The translations under genes were made by a program, and so were the position numbers. The notes under the pieces are model-generated. The model was not told the DNA's origin and ran no database searches. It worked only from the letters and a program-made list of their open reading frames with translations. Shown piece by piece: positions 9,622 through 18,829 of a stretch of DNA of 64,000 bases. The first letter of the stretch is position 1, and every line of letters begins with the position of its first letter. The stretch comes from Negativicutes bacterium (GTDB taxonomy: Bacteria > Bacillota > Negativicutes > JAAYSF01): assembly GCA_028707635.1 (NCBI GenBank), contig JAQWAQ010000004.1:2548-66547 (forward strand), given 5' to 3'.

Positions 9622-9660
9622 ACGAAAATAGAATCACTATCAAGCGATAGTGATTCTATT
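9622..9660. terminator. Perfect 15-bp inverted repeat between the orphan gene and dnaB; a possible bidirectional terminator
   Basis: AATAGAATCACTATC aagc GATAGTGATTCTATT, lying downstream of the dnaB stop on the minus strand. Confidence 0.45.
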
Positions 9661-9694
9661 TTAATTTCAATTTATGGGTAAATCAACAACAATA

Positions 9695-11029
9695 CTAAGC
9701 ATCCATCCGTGACAAATCGGCGAATTTGGTGAACTGTTTGTGGAAAAACAGCTGGACCGTATCAACAGGGCCGTTACGATGCTTTGCGATGATGACGTCA
9801 GTGATATTTTTATTCTCGGTATCCGGGTTATAGTAATCTTCACGATAAAGAAAGGCGACAATGTCAGCATCTTGCTCTAGTGAACCTGATTCTCTAAGAT
9901 CGCTTAGCATTGGTTTTTTCACTTGGCGCGATTCAACACCACGGCTTAGCTGGGATAATGCAATGACCGGGACGCCCAATTCACGGGCCAAACCTTTGAG
10001 TGAGCGGGAAATTTCGGAAATTTCTTGCTGCCGGTTTTCACTTCCCTTGTTTCTTCCTGATCCTTGCATCAATTGCAAATAATCGATAATGATAAGCTGC
10101 AAGTCATGTTCGATTTTGAGCCGCCGCGCTTTGGCCCTCATCTCAAGGACAGTTATACCGGCCGTATCATCGATGAAAATACCGGCCGATGACAATCTGT
10201 CAGCTGCATTGACCAACTTTTGCCAATCTTTACCTTCCAGGTCACCTACTCTAAGACGCTGCGAATCAATCGGGGCTTCTGAGCACAGCATCCGCTGGAC
10301 AAGCTGTTCTTTCGACATTTCCAGACTGAAAAAGGCAACTGACTTCTTTTCCCTAATAGCAATATGGGTAGCAATATTGAGCACGAAAGCTGTTTTACCC
10401 ATACTCGGCCGGGCGGCAATGAGAATCAAGTCTGACGGCTGGAGGCCTGATGTTAGGCGATCAAAGTCTTTAAACCCTGATGGAAGACCAGTGATGCCGC
10501 CCTTCGATTCATACAAACCTTGGATTCGATCAAACGCTTCGAAAATAATACTTTTAATCGGCGTAAACTCTTTGCCAACTTTACGCTTTGATACATCCAG
10601 AATCATTTTTTCAGCCGAATCCAAAATAGAGCCAACTTCTTCACTGGCTTCATAGCCGAGTCCGGCAATATTGGTAGCGGCATTAATCAGCTGGCGCAGC
10701 AGCGATTTTTCTTCAACAATCCGGGCATGATAGATAACATTAGCCGCCGTCGGAACGCTGTTCGCCAATGAAGTTATGTATGCAATACCCCCAGCGCTTT
10801 CCAGCCTATCGTCTTTGCGCAAAAATTCCGTCACTGTAACCATATCAACGGCATCGTTTTTATTAAATAAATCAACAGCCGCATTATAGATAAGCCGGTG
10901 CGCTTCACGGTAAAAATCTTCCTGATGTAAAAATTCGGTCACCTTGGAGATGGCTTCGCGCTCAATGAGCATGGCACCAAGGACGGCCTGTTCGGCCTCG
11001 ACACTCTGCGGTGGTACTCTATCTAACAA
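9695..11029 (-). CDS. dnaB: Replicative DNA helicase DnaB (Bacillus DnaC)
   Basis: 444 aa with the DnaB N-terminal domain (SVEAEQAVLGAML) and the RecA-like domain with Walker A GARPSMGKTAF. Confidence 0.95.
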   Translation of the reverse strand: MLDRVPPQSVEAEQAVLGAMLIEREAISKVTEFLHQEDFYREAHRLIYNAAVDLFNKNDAVDMVTVTEFLRKDDRLESAGGIAYITSLANSVPTAANVIYHARIVEEKSLLRQLINAATNIAGLGYEASEEVGSILDSAEKMILDVSKRKVGKEFTPIKSIIFEAFDRIQGLYESKGGITGLPSGFKDFDRLTSGLQPSDLILIAARPSMGKTAFVLNIATHIAIREKKSVAFFSLEMSKEQLVQRMLCSEAPIDSQRLRVGDLEGKDWQKLVNAADRLSSAGIFIDDTAGITVLEMRAKARRLKIEHDLQLIIIDYLQLMQGSGRNKGSENRQQEISEISRSLKGLARELGVPVIALSQLSRGVESRQVKKPMLSDLRESGSLEQDADIVAFLYREDYYNPDTENKNITDVIIAKHRNGPVDTVQLFFHKQFTKFADLSRMDA

Positions 11030-11070
11030 AATTGCTTACCTCCTTGGGCTCGATCAGGGCCGAGACTTAG

Positions 11071-11120
11071 ACGGTGAAATCAGGTATCTTTAAACGCAAG
11101 ACCTAATTTCACCGTTAAGA
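11071..11120. repeat. 10-bp perfect inverted repeat with a 24-nt loop between the Lon-like gene and dnaB
   Basis: ACGGTGAAAT...ATTTCACCGT with no T-tail on either strand. Possible processing or regulatory stem. Confidence 0.3.
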
Positions 11121-11140
11121 ACACCCTATTAATGTTTAGT

Positions 11141-13069
11141 TTACGCTGTTGCTTTATTGGCATCAATAAGCAGCACAGCCATAGCTTCTTCAACAGTTTC
11201 GACCGGACGAATGTCCAGATCTAAATGCCCAATCGGAATATCCTGTTCGTTTTCCTTCGGAATAACCATTGTGATCATTCCAGCCTGCTTTGCCCCATAG
11301 GCCTTTTCAAAAACTCCGCCTACGGCCTTAACCTTGCCCTGGATTGAAACTTCACCCGTTATTGCTACATCCTGGCGAACCGGCCGCCCGGTAATAGCCG
11401 AAATGATAGCAATCATGATCGCGGTTCCGGCAGAAGGGCCATCAATGCGGCCACCCCCAATAATATTGACATGAAGATCATAGTTAGCGAGGTCTTCACC
11501 GGTAACTTTTCGCACAACGGCTGCAGCATTAAACACCGAGTCTTTGGCCATACTTCCTGCTGTATCATTAAAGCGAATCCGGCCTTTACCTTTGTCAGAA
11601 GCCGCAAAGGCCACTGCTTCAATCTCAATGACAGAGCCAAGATATCCTGCTACACCAAGGCCAAAGACTTTACCTACTTCTGCTTCAGTCGCAGCCTTGC
11701 GAGTTACGTAGGGCGACAACCTGCCTACCTGCACTACCCGGTATACATCTTCCGTAGTAATACTTATGCTCCTGTTGTCATCACCCGACCGGTAAATCGC
11801 CAGACCATAAGCATCTGTCAATATGTTAATGGCTTTACGTCCTTCAATTGTGTATTCACTGATCAAGCGCGGGACATCCGGCTCTAATTCAACTTCAAGC
11901 TTGCCCGCAGCATTAAAGACAATTTCCTCAATTTGTTTAGGGGTAAGTGGTTCGAAGTATATTTCAGCACATCGCGACCGGATAGCTGGGTTTATATCCT
12001 GGGCATCGCGAGTGGTAGCCCCGATGAGAATGAAATCGGCCGGAGCTCCCTCTTCAAAGAGTTTCTTAATATACTTAGGGACATTAGGATCACTTGGGTC
12101 ATAATAGGCCGACTCAAATTTAACCCGCTTGTCCTCTAATACTTTAAGCAGCTTGTTTTGCAGCATTGCATCCATTTCACCGAGTTCATCAATGAAAAGG
12201 ATACCGCCATGCGCATCAGTAACCAAGCCTGGCTTGGGTTCCGGTACGCCAGTGTCAGCTAAATCACGGCGCGCGCCTTGATAGATCGGGTCATGAACCG
12301 AACCAAGCAATGGATTTGTCATGTCGCGCGGATCCCAACGCAGCGTTGTTCCATCGACCTCAACGAAGGACGCATCTTGGGCAAAAGGCGTAAATTTGAG
12401 CTTTTTAGCTTCTTCGAGAACTAACCTGGCTGCGGTTGTTTTACCAACCCCAGGCGGTCCGTACAAAATCAAATGCTGGGGATAAGGCGACGCCAGTTTT
12501 GCCCGGAGTGCCTCAACGGCCCGCTCCTGTCCCACGATTTCCCCAAGCGATTTTGGTCTAACCAATTCCATCGCCGATTTAGTGAGACTCTTTTGTTCCA
12601 ATACCTCGAGCATAGCATATTTCTTTAGGGTCTGTGGGTTTTCAACATTATGGTCTTCCTTTAAGACTTGCATGGTGATTTCTTTGATATATTCCTGATG
12701 GCGTTCTTCCATCTTTTCATTTATTTTCTTTTCAATTTTCTCCTCGACTACCCGGCGAGCCATCAAATCAGCTAATGCGTCTTCTATTTCGGCCAAAACT
12801 GCCGGAATTTCTTCCAGTGTAGGGCATTTGTCGACAGTCGGATCTTCAAATACCACCTTCTGCAATGCCAACACCCGCTCTGGAAGACTTTCGGATTTCA
12901 TTAGCTGTAAGGCGCCCACTTTCCCAGCCTTAAGCACTAATTTCTCGGAACTGATAATACCGGAATACAGCCCATATAACGCAGCGACTTGCCGTTTAAG
13001 CTTGTCATCTTCAGTAGTACTAGTCGGCTCTGGCGGCTTGCTACGGAGAAATTTGTTAAAAAAGTTCAT
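11141..13069 (-). CDS. Lon-family ATP-dependent protease (LonB/LonC-like, sporulation type)
   Basis: 642 aa with an AAA+ module near-identical in motifs to B. subtilis LonB (LILYGPPGVGKTTAARLVLEEAKK, GGILFIDELGE, LLKVLEDKRV) and a C-terminal S16 protease domain with catalytic Ser in DGPSAG. Confidence 0.85.
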   Translation of the reverse strand: MNFFNKFLRSKPPEPTSTTEDDKLKRQVAALYGLYSGIISSEKLVLKAGKVGALQLMKSESLPERVLALQKVVFEDPTVDKCPTLEEIPAVLAEIEDALADLMARRVVEEKIEKKINEKMEERHQEYIKEITMQVLKEDHNVENPQTLKKYAMLEVLEQKSLTKSAMELVRPKSLGEIVGQERAVEALRAKLASPYPQHLILYGPPGVGKTTAARLVLEEAKKLKFTPFAQDASFVEVDGTTLRWDPRDMTNPLLGSVHDPIYQGARRDLADTGVPEPKPGLVTDAHGGILFIDELGEMDAMLQNKLLKVLEDKRVKFESAYYDPSDPNVPKYIKKLFEEGAPADFILIGATTRDAQDINPAIRSRCAEIYFEPLTPKQIEEIVFNAAGKLEVELEPDVPRLISEYTIEGRKAINILTDAYGLAIYRSGDDNRSISITTEDVYRVVQVGRLSPYVTRKAATEAEVGKVFGLGVAGYLGSVIEIEAVAFAASDKGKGRIRFNDTAGSMAKDSVFNAAAVVRKVTGEDLANYDLHVNIIGGGRIDGPSAGTAIMIAIISAITGRPVRQDVAITGEVSIQGKVKAVGGVFEKAYGAKQAGMITMVIPKENEQDIPIGHLDLDIRPVETVEEAMAVLLIDANKATA

Positions 13070-13084
13070 TACTACTTCCTCTTT

Positions 13085-13531
13085 CTATTTCCCAATAATG
13101 TGAACCTGAATCTGGGCGCTAACCTCTGGATGGATTTTGATTGTCACTGTGTAGGTTCCCAGCGCCTTAATACTATCTTTTAACTCAATCTTTCGTTTGT
13201 CCATTTCAAGTTTATGTTCAGCCAAGAGAGCTTCTGCGATATCTTTAGCTGTCACCGACCCAAATAATTTCCCGCCTTCACCCATTTTTACCGGGATTGT
13301 TATTTCAACTTTACCTAGCTGCGCGGCCAGCATTTTAGCCTCATCCAGCACCCGTTGCTGTTTGCGGCTTTCGGCTTCTTTGTGCAGCTTTACGGCATTT
13401 ACATTGCTATTTGTAGCCGGAATAGCCAGTTTCTGCGGCAGCAGATAATTACGGGCATAGCCTTCGGACACTTCTATAATTTCGCCTTTTTTCCCAAGTT
13501 TTTTAACTTCTTGTTGCAGGATTACTTTCAT
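13085..13531 (-). CDS. rplI: 50S ribosomal protein L9
   Basis: MKVILQQEVKKLGKKGEIIEVSEGYARNYLLP is a canonical L9 N-terminus. RBS GAGGAGAG is 8 nt before the ATG at 13531. Confidence 0.95.
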   Translation of the reverse strand: MKVILQQEVKKLGKKGEIIEVSEGYARNYLLPQKLAIPATNSNVNAVKLHKEAESRKQQRVLDEAKMLAAQLGKVEITIPVKMGEGGKLFGSVTAKDIAEALLAEHKLEMDKRKIELKDSIKALGTYTVTIKIHPEVSAQIQVHIIGK

Positions 13532-15506
13532 TCTGCTCACTCTCCTCTATATAATTGCTAACAAGCTCAATAACCTGCTGTTTGGCTTCATCAATTGTTA
13601 CTTTTTTTAACTGGGCGCCGGCCACTGTCTGATGACCTCCACCGCCCAACTGTTCCATCAAAACATGGACATTAATATCACCGTTTGATCGAGCACTTAC
13701 CCCTACTCCTTCATCAGGCATTTCGAATAAGACAATACTTAGACGAATCCCTTCCAGGGCCAGCAGCATATCGGCTGTCTGGGCAGCTGCTATCTGGGCA
13801 TTGTCAACATTTGCCGGACAAAAGGCTAATGCTATCCCACCCGGTAATACTTCCGTGTTGCTGATAATTTCAGCCCGCGCCTTCATAATAGCAAAATCAA
13901 CACGGAACAAGTAGCGCACTAACGCAGGATCAGCACCAGCCCTCCTCAAATACGAAGCAGCATCAAAGGTTCTCACACCAGCTTGTACGGCAAAATTTTT
14001 AGTATCAACAACGATGCCGGCGTAAAGTGCGGTAGCATCTAGTCTTGTGAGATCCAATTTTTCATCAAAGTACATCAGCAATTCGGTCACAAGTTCGCTA
14101 GCTGACGACGCCGAAGGTTCAAGATAAACTAAGAGCGGATTCGCCACAAAGCCCTCGCTGCGACGGTGATGGTCAATAACAATGACCCGCTCTGCTACGC
14201 TTAGCAGCTCTGGAGCAGCAGCCAATTCTTTGCGATGCGCATCTACCAGGAACACCAATGAATCATGAGTAATTAAATCTTGTGCCGCTGTTGGGCTAAT
14301 AAATAAATCCTTATACTCATCATAATCCTCAAATAAGTCAGTCAGCTTACTTACCGTCATGCTAGACTTACTAACAACAACATGAGCCGATTTATTCATA
14401 TGGCGAGCCATTTTTGCAACGCCCATCGCTGCACCCAGACTATCAAAATCTTCGTTGACATGCCCCATAACTAGCACGTTATCAGCTTGTTCAATACTTT
14501 CTCGAATTGCCTGGGCCACAATGCGGGCCTTAACGCGCGTATTTTTCTCCACAATGGTTGCCTTGCCGCCATAAAACTGCACTTTGCCGGCGATATGAAC
14601 CGCGGCCTGGTCACCCCCCCGCCCCAGGGCAAGGTCGAGACCAGCTTGTGCCCGTTCAGCCATAGTTCCAAAAGTGACCTCATCAGCAACAATACCCATA
14701 CTAAGAGTAACCGGGATCTTATTGCCGCTTTTAATGGCACGAACTTTATCTAATATTTCAAATTTATCCTTGAGTAACACATCAAGCGACCGACGGCTAA
14801 GGATAGCCAAATACATATCTTCGGCATACTTTTTAATAAAGCCGTCAAGCTCATCCATCCAGGCTGACAACGTCTTATTTACTTCCAGCATTAAATCGGC
14901 GCGCTGATTATCAGAAAGCCCTTGCAGCACATCATCATAATTGTCAATCTGAATATAGGCAGTCACTGGCATCGCCGCGTAACATTCAGACCGGGTCTCT
15001 TCGCAGCAAGTAATATCAGTTACATAAAATACCATCAAGTTATCAGCTCGTGCATTTTCTAACGGTTTATAGATCGCCTGATAATGCTTATCCTCTGCTT
15101 TAAACACAATTTGGCCCACTTCACCCCACAGCTCATCTAGCGGCAGTTCAGGCCACACCTTTATAATAGAGTCTCCAGCCTTCAGATCGCCAGAGAACCA
15201 GTCAAACAGCGCTGAATTGCACCACTTTAATTTACCGTCAGCATCAACGATCACCATTGCCATCGGTAAATTCTTCAGTGCATACGTTGTAATCTCCTCG
15301 ACATTATGAACCATTGTATCGAGAAAAGCACTGATTGCTTTTTGCTGTTCTCTATGGCGTTCACGACCATATAAGTACAATGCAAAAAGCAAAATAGCAC
15401 CTAAAACAGCAACATATTTATTATAGAAAACAATAACCAGCAGCAGCATAGCTGCTACAAGTAGATAGATTCGTGTATCAAACCAAAAAGATGGGCCTTG
15501 CGGCAT
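13503..15506 (-). CDS. gdpP: Cyclic-di-AMP phosphodiesterase GdpP (YybT)
   Basis: Two N-terminal TM helices, a PAS domain, a degenerate GGDEF domain, and DHH (VIDHHR) plus DHHA1 (GGGH) domains. Conserved yybS-gdpP-rplI-dnaB synteny. The start is probably the second ATG (15506), which has RBS spacing of 8 nt. Confidence 0.9.
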   Translation of the reverse strand: MPQGPSFWFDTRIYLLVAAMLLLVIVFYNKYVAVLGAILLFALYLYGRERHREQQKAISAFLDTMVHNVEEITTYALKNLPMAMVIVDADGKLKWCNSALFDWFSGDLKAGDSIIKVWPELPLDELWGEVGQIVFKAEDKHYQAIYKPLENARADNLMVFYVTDITCCEETRSECYAAMPVTAYIQIDNYDDVLQGLSDNQRADLMLEVNKTLSAWMDELDGFIKKYAEDMYLAILSRRSLDVLLKDKFEILDKVRAIKSGNKIPVTLSMGIVADEVTFGTMAERAQAGLDLALGRGGDQAAVHIAGKVQFYGGKATIVEKNTRVKARIVAQAIRESIEQADNVLVMGHVNEDFDSLGAAMGVAKMARHMNKSAHVVVSKSSMTVSKLTDLFEDYDEYKDLFISPTAAQDLITHDSLVFLVDAHRKELAAAPELLSVAERVIVIDHHRRSEGFVANPLLVYLEPSASSASELVTELLMYFDEKLDLTRLDATALYAGIVVDTKNFAVQAGVRTFDAASYLRRAGADPALVRYLFRVDFAIMKARAEIISNTEVLPGGIALAFCPANVDNAQIAAAQTADMLLALEGIRLSIVLFEMPDEGVGVSARSNGDINVHVLMEQLGGGGHQTVAGAQLKKVTIDEAKQQVIELVSNYIEESEQNESNPATRS

Positions 15507-15520
15507 AAACATATCCTCCC

Positions 15521-15627
15521 ATAAAGTGAGACTTGATTCAGATGGAGTTAAAACTTCACCTGAATCCTAGCCGAACCGTCTCCAGGGACTTAGCCGCTCT
15601 TTACTTGTAGAATAAGAGCAGCTTGGT
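15521..15627 (+). repeat. Full copy of the structured intergenic repeat (copy A)
   Basis: ATAAAGTGAGACTTGATTCAGATGGAGTTAAAACTTCACCTGAATCCTAGCCGAACCGTCTCCAGGGACTTAGCCGCTCTTTACTTGTAGAATAAGAG. It has a 15-bp imperfect hairpin module plus a 3' hairpin module and overlaps the gdpP RBS. Confidence 0.7.
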
Positions 15628-15671
15628 CAATTATCCCACTTCAATCATTCGCTCAAAACTACGCACTTTCT

Positions 15672-16625
15672 TTAAGTACGTCGCCTTAGGCCACGGTAAT
15701 CGACAGCCATATCAATCGCAGCCGCAAAAATGAGCCCTTGCGACAAAAATCCGCTTGTGAGTATTAAGACAAGTATAATCCCCCGCACAAGCCTTGACAA
15801 ATTGTATTTATCGCCAACAAAGTAAAAAAGCGCCAAGCCTTGTACAAATAGGAACATACTTGTCAATACCTGGATGTTTGCGGCAATATTATACAACATC
15901 ACTAATTCCCTTGATTTTCCCCAGTACATTCCGACAAGCGATAATATGAAAAAATAACCGATAAACTGCGGTAAACTCCATAACTTAAAGGGCGGGAACC
16001 CTTCAATGTGGTGACCGAGTTTGCGTAAGACGATTCTAGCAAGCATGAAATTTAGGTATGTGTCCAGAATGGCTGCTAAAACAAACCCTGACGGCAAAAT
16101 GACTTTCAGAAGATCAACCAAGCCCTGCATATTGCCGGCGATCTGCGCCAAGTTTTCTTCGGTCATGCCCATCCCGCGATACAGTTCAACAGCTTGCCCT
16201 ACGGCTGTACCCAGCACGTCAGTCTGCATTGTCAGTGGATTCATGCCAAGCACAACAGCACTGATGGCCAATACTGCCGCTTTAGAAACAAACGATGCGA
16301 CAGCCCCCCAAGCAATAATTTTCATGGGGCTATATTCGGCCCGTATCGCATACCCCACCACAATACCGATAAGACCAAAACCAACGACCACGCTGACAGC
16401 ATGAAGCGGATGCATTAGCATTGCAATAAGAACACCCGCTACGGCGGTTGCTAGTATACTCCATTTGTAACCATGCCGTACACCCAATAGAATAATAGGC
16501 ACTGGCCAAATCAAATTGACAAAGGGCCCTATGACTGGCAAATAGGCACTAATAATCGCGAAAATTATTGCTACTGCGGAAAGAACGCCGCCTTCTACCA
16601 TCGGTTTTACTTTTGTTTGCTGCAT
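15672..16625 (-). CDS. yybS: YybS family membrane protein (DUF2232)
   Basis: 317-aa polytopic membrane protein directly upstream of gdpP, as in Bacillus. Confidence 0.75.
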   Translation of the reverse strand: MQQTKVKPMVEGGVLSAVAIIFAIISAYLPVIGPFVNLIWPVPIILLGVRHGYKWSILATAVAGVLIAMLMHPLHAVSVVVGFGLIGIVVGYAIRAEYSPMKIIAWGAVASFVSKAAVLAISAVVLGMNPLTMQTDVLGTAVGQAVELYRGMGMTEENLAQIAGNMQGLVDLLKVILPSGFVLAAILDTYLNFMLARIVLRKLGHHIEGFPPFKLWSLPQFIGYFFILSLVGMYWGKSRELVMLYNIAANIQVLTSMFLFVQGLALFYFVGDKYNLSRLVRGIILVLILTSGFLSQGLIFAAAIDMAVDYRGLRRRT

Positions 16626-16937
16626 TTAGCCACCTCTTCTACGTAAATAACGTTGATATTCGCTGAAATCACCAAATAATTTTTCGGCTTCATGTTCACG
16701 TTTTATATTTTGAGCAATCTTGGCTGTAACGGCTTCATCGAGTGCAGCAAAATCAATTCCCAACCTTCGTGCAAGGATATAGCAAGACAAGATGATTGAT
16801 GCCAGGCCTTCCTGGATCGCCTGCCCGCCATTTTTGGCAATTGCCTGGTAAAGTTGGCCGACGTTTGTCACTAATTCTGCTTTGAGCATTTCAATAAGGC
16901 GCAATTTGCGCAAGATATCTGATTCATTAGAAAACAA
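16626..16937 (-). CDS. MazG-like nucleotide pyrophosphohydrolase family protein
   Basis: 103-aa all-helical protein with a MazG-like EExxE/D motif arrangement (REHEAEKLFGDFSEY). Confidence 0.45.
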   Translation of the reverse strand: MFSNESDILRKLRLIEMLKAELVTNVGQLYQAIAKNGGQAIQEGLASIILSCYILARRLGIDFAALDEAVTAKIAQNIKREHEAEKLFGDFSEYQRYLRRRGG

Positions 16938-17077
16938 TCGTCACTCCTCCTTTGCCCATCAAGGTATAATTCGCAAATAAAAGCCTTGTTTCCTGCTTGA
17001 CGTTAAAAATCCCCTTCCAAATAGGCTGACCCGTATTGTGTGACGCTATTCTATCACTACTCTAGGAAGAACTCAAC

Positions 17078-17126
17078 ATAAAGACTTAGCCGCTCTTCAC
17101 TTGTAGAAGAAAAGCGGCTAAGTCCC
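17078..17126 (+). repeat. Internally deleted copy of the intergenic repeat (5' ATAAAG joined to the 3' hairpin module)
   Basis: ATAAAGACTTAGCCGCTCTTCACTTGTAGAAGAAAAGCGGCTAAGTCCC. The 3' module forms a perfect nested hairpin (GACTTAGCCGC/GCGGCTAAGTC around TCTTC...GAAGA). Confidence 0.55.
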
Positions 17127-17139
17127 TTGATAAAACACT

Positions 17140-17175
17140 AAAGGCCAAGAGTTCAATCGCACTCTTGGCCTTTTT
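17140..17175. terminator. Hairpin terminator downstream of rpsR
   Basis: GGCCAAGAGT tcaatcgc ACTCTTGGCC flanked by A- and T-runs. Confidence 0.5.
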
Positions 17176-17180
17176 ATTAG

Positions 17181-17411
17181 CTATTCTGCAGTAAATGGCA
17201 GCAATGCAATAACACGAGCCCGTTTAACAGCCAGTGTTAATTGACGCTGATGTTTCGCACAGTTACCTGAAATCCGACGGGGCAAAATCTTGCCGCGCTC
17301 GGTTGTGTAACGGCGTAATTTAGGAACATCTTTATAATCAATGCTCTCTGCTTTATCAACGCAGAAACTACAAACCTTTTTCTTTGGCTTTCTGCCTCTT
17401 TCACGTCTCAC
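17181..17411 (-). CDS. rpsR: 30S ribosomal protein S18
   Basis: 76-aa canonical S18 sequence ([11 protein letters not shown]...[10 protein letters not shown]). Confidence 0.95.
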   Translation of the reverse strand: MRRERGRKPKKKVCSFCVDKAESIDYKDVPKLRRYTTERGKILPRRISGNCAKHQRQLTLAVKRARVIALLPFTAE

Positions 17412-17427
17412 CGATAGTTACCTCCCT

Positions 17428-17835
17428 TTAAAATGGAATTTCTTCTTCAGGGAAGACCTCTCCACCAAAGACGTCTTCAGGAGACGTTGTTCCACCGCTA
17501 TTTCCACCGCCAGCACTTTGCTTGCTTTCTAAAAACTCAATATTTTGAGCTATTACCTCAGCAACACGGCGTTTCTGACCGTCATTTGCATCATACGAGC
17601 GAATCTGCAGACGGCCTTCAACAAGAATCCGGCGTCCTTTGGTAAGATTATTTCCACAAATTTCGGCCAGTTTCTCCCACGCCACAATGGGAATAAAATC
17701 AGTTGCCTCTTTTTGCCCTTGCCCACCGACAAACCGGTTTACTGCAATACTAAATGATGCAACCGCCTTGCCAGTCTGGGTATACCGGACTTCCGGATCC
17801 CGGGCGAGACGACCGACCAATATAACCTTATTCAT
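17428..17835 (-). CDS. ssb: Single-stranded DNA-binding protein
   Basis: OB-fold N-terminus MNKVILVGRLARDPEVRYT, a Gly-rich linker and an acidic C-terminal tail EEEIPF. Confidence 0.95.
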   Translation of the reverse strand: MNKVILVGRLARDPEVRYTQTGKAVASFSIAVNRFVGGQGQKEATDFIPIVAWEKLAEICGNNLTKGRRILVEGRLQIRSYDANDGQKRRVAEVIAQNIEFLESKQSAGGGNSGGTTSPEDVFGGEVFPEEEIPF

Positions 17836-17854
17836 GGTAAAATTCCCCCTGGCC

Positions 17855-18139
17855 TTATTCGTCTTCTTTAATGATCATATGCTTCAGAATTTCATCGGTA
17901 ATCTTCATTACACGGTCAAGCTCAGCAATTACAGCTGGCTCAGCAGTGAAGTAGAAGATACAGTAGAAACCTTCGGCGAAGTCTTTGATCTCATACGCTA
18001 GGCGTTTTTTGCCCCAGCGATCAATCTTCTCAATGTTACCGCCATTGTTCAGAATAAGGTTTTCAAATTTAGTAATAACCGCATTTGTAGCCTCTTCTTC
18101 CGCTGGCTTAACAATGAACATGACTTCGTATTTTCTCAC
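17855..18139 (-). CDS. rpsF: 30S ribosomal protein S6
   Basis: [12 protein letters not shown] is a canonical S6 start. rpsF-ssb-rpsR operon order. Confidence 0.95.
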   Translation of the reverse strand: MRKYEVMFIVKPAEEEATNAVITKFENLILNNGGNIEKIDRWGKKRLAYEIKDFAEGFYCIFYFTAEPAVIAELDRVMKITDEILKHMIIKEDE

Positions 18140-18235
18140 GAAATCACCTCCTCCTATGGACTAATGGCTCCCTCATGGGGAGCAGGGAAGGATCCAAATT
18201 TTAATTTGAAACCTAAACATGTCATTGACTTATAT

Positions 18236-18265
18236 AGTATATCACTGCTTATGAAGGCAATGCAA
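18236..18265 (-). promoter_or_regulatory. Putative sigma-A promoter of the rpsF-ssb-rpsR operon
   Basis: On the minus strand, TTGCAT, an 18-nt spacer, then TATACT, about 95 nt upstream of rpsF. Confidence 0.4.
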
Positions 18266-18277
18266 GGAATTTACAAA

Positions 18278-18310
18278 AATAAAAGCGCAACTGCTGCAGT
18301 TGCGCCGGAA
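18278..18310 (-). terminator. Terminator of the cupin gene
   Basis: Perfect stem GCGCAACTGC/GCAGTTGCGC followed by TTTTATTTTT on the minus strand. Confidence 0.55.
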
Positions 18311-18318
18311 AACATCGA

Positions 18319-18666
18319 TTATGCGAACAAAATAAGGGCAATGACTTCAACATCTTCGGTACCTTCATTTTCAATGCCATGACTCTGCTGGTTATCAGTA
18401 AAAGTTAGGTCGCCAGGCTTAAGGGTGGTTTTTTCACCATTATCATAGTAAGTTGCTTCACCTTTCAGCACATAATATGCCTCGATATCCCCTTTGTGCT
18501 GATGACCCCCGATTGAACAGCCTGGTTTAATAATGTTGTGCGCGAATAACCGGCCTTTACCTTGGAACTCATCTCCTTCCAAGAGATGAAGAATCTTAAC
18601 TTCTCCCTTACCGCCCAACATGTTTGGTCTAATGTCTTCTGTAATTGTTCCCGCGCGTTTTATCAT
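18319..18666 (-). CDS. Cupin domain protein
   Basis: 115 aa with the cupin two-His motif region (GGHQHKGDIEAYYVLKGEA...PGDLTFTDNQQSHGIEN). Confidence 0.75.
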   Translation of the reverse strand: MIKRAGTITEDIRPNMLGGKGEVKILHLLEGDEFQGKGRLFAHNIIKPGCSIGGHQHKGDIEAYYVLKGEATYYDNGEKTTLKPGDLTFTDNQQSHGIENEGTEDVEVIALILFA

Positions 18667-18782
18667 GTAAATACCCCCCTTTTTCTGACTAGTTATTTTA
18701 TTCTACACTCGTCTTTTTCTTCCTGCCGCCCCGATCGATTATCCGCACCAACAAAAACCACCAATGTGCACCCTATACTTAC

Positions 18783-18815
18783 CACTAAGAGAAAAAAGCT
18801 GGCTGCCTCTAAGCA
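18783..18815 (-). terminator. ychF terminator
   Basis: Perfect 10-bp stem AGCTGGCTGC/GCAGCCAGCT followed by TTTTTTCTCTT on the minus strand. Confidence 0.55.
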
Positions 18816-18829
18816 GCCAGCTTGTACCT

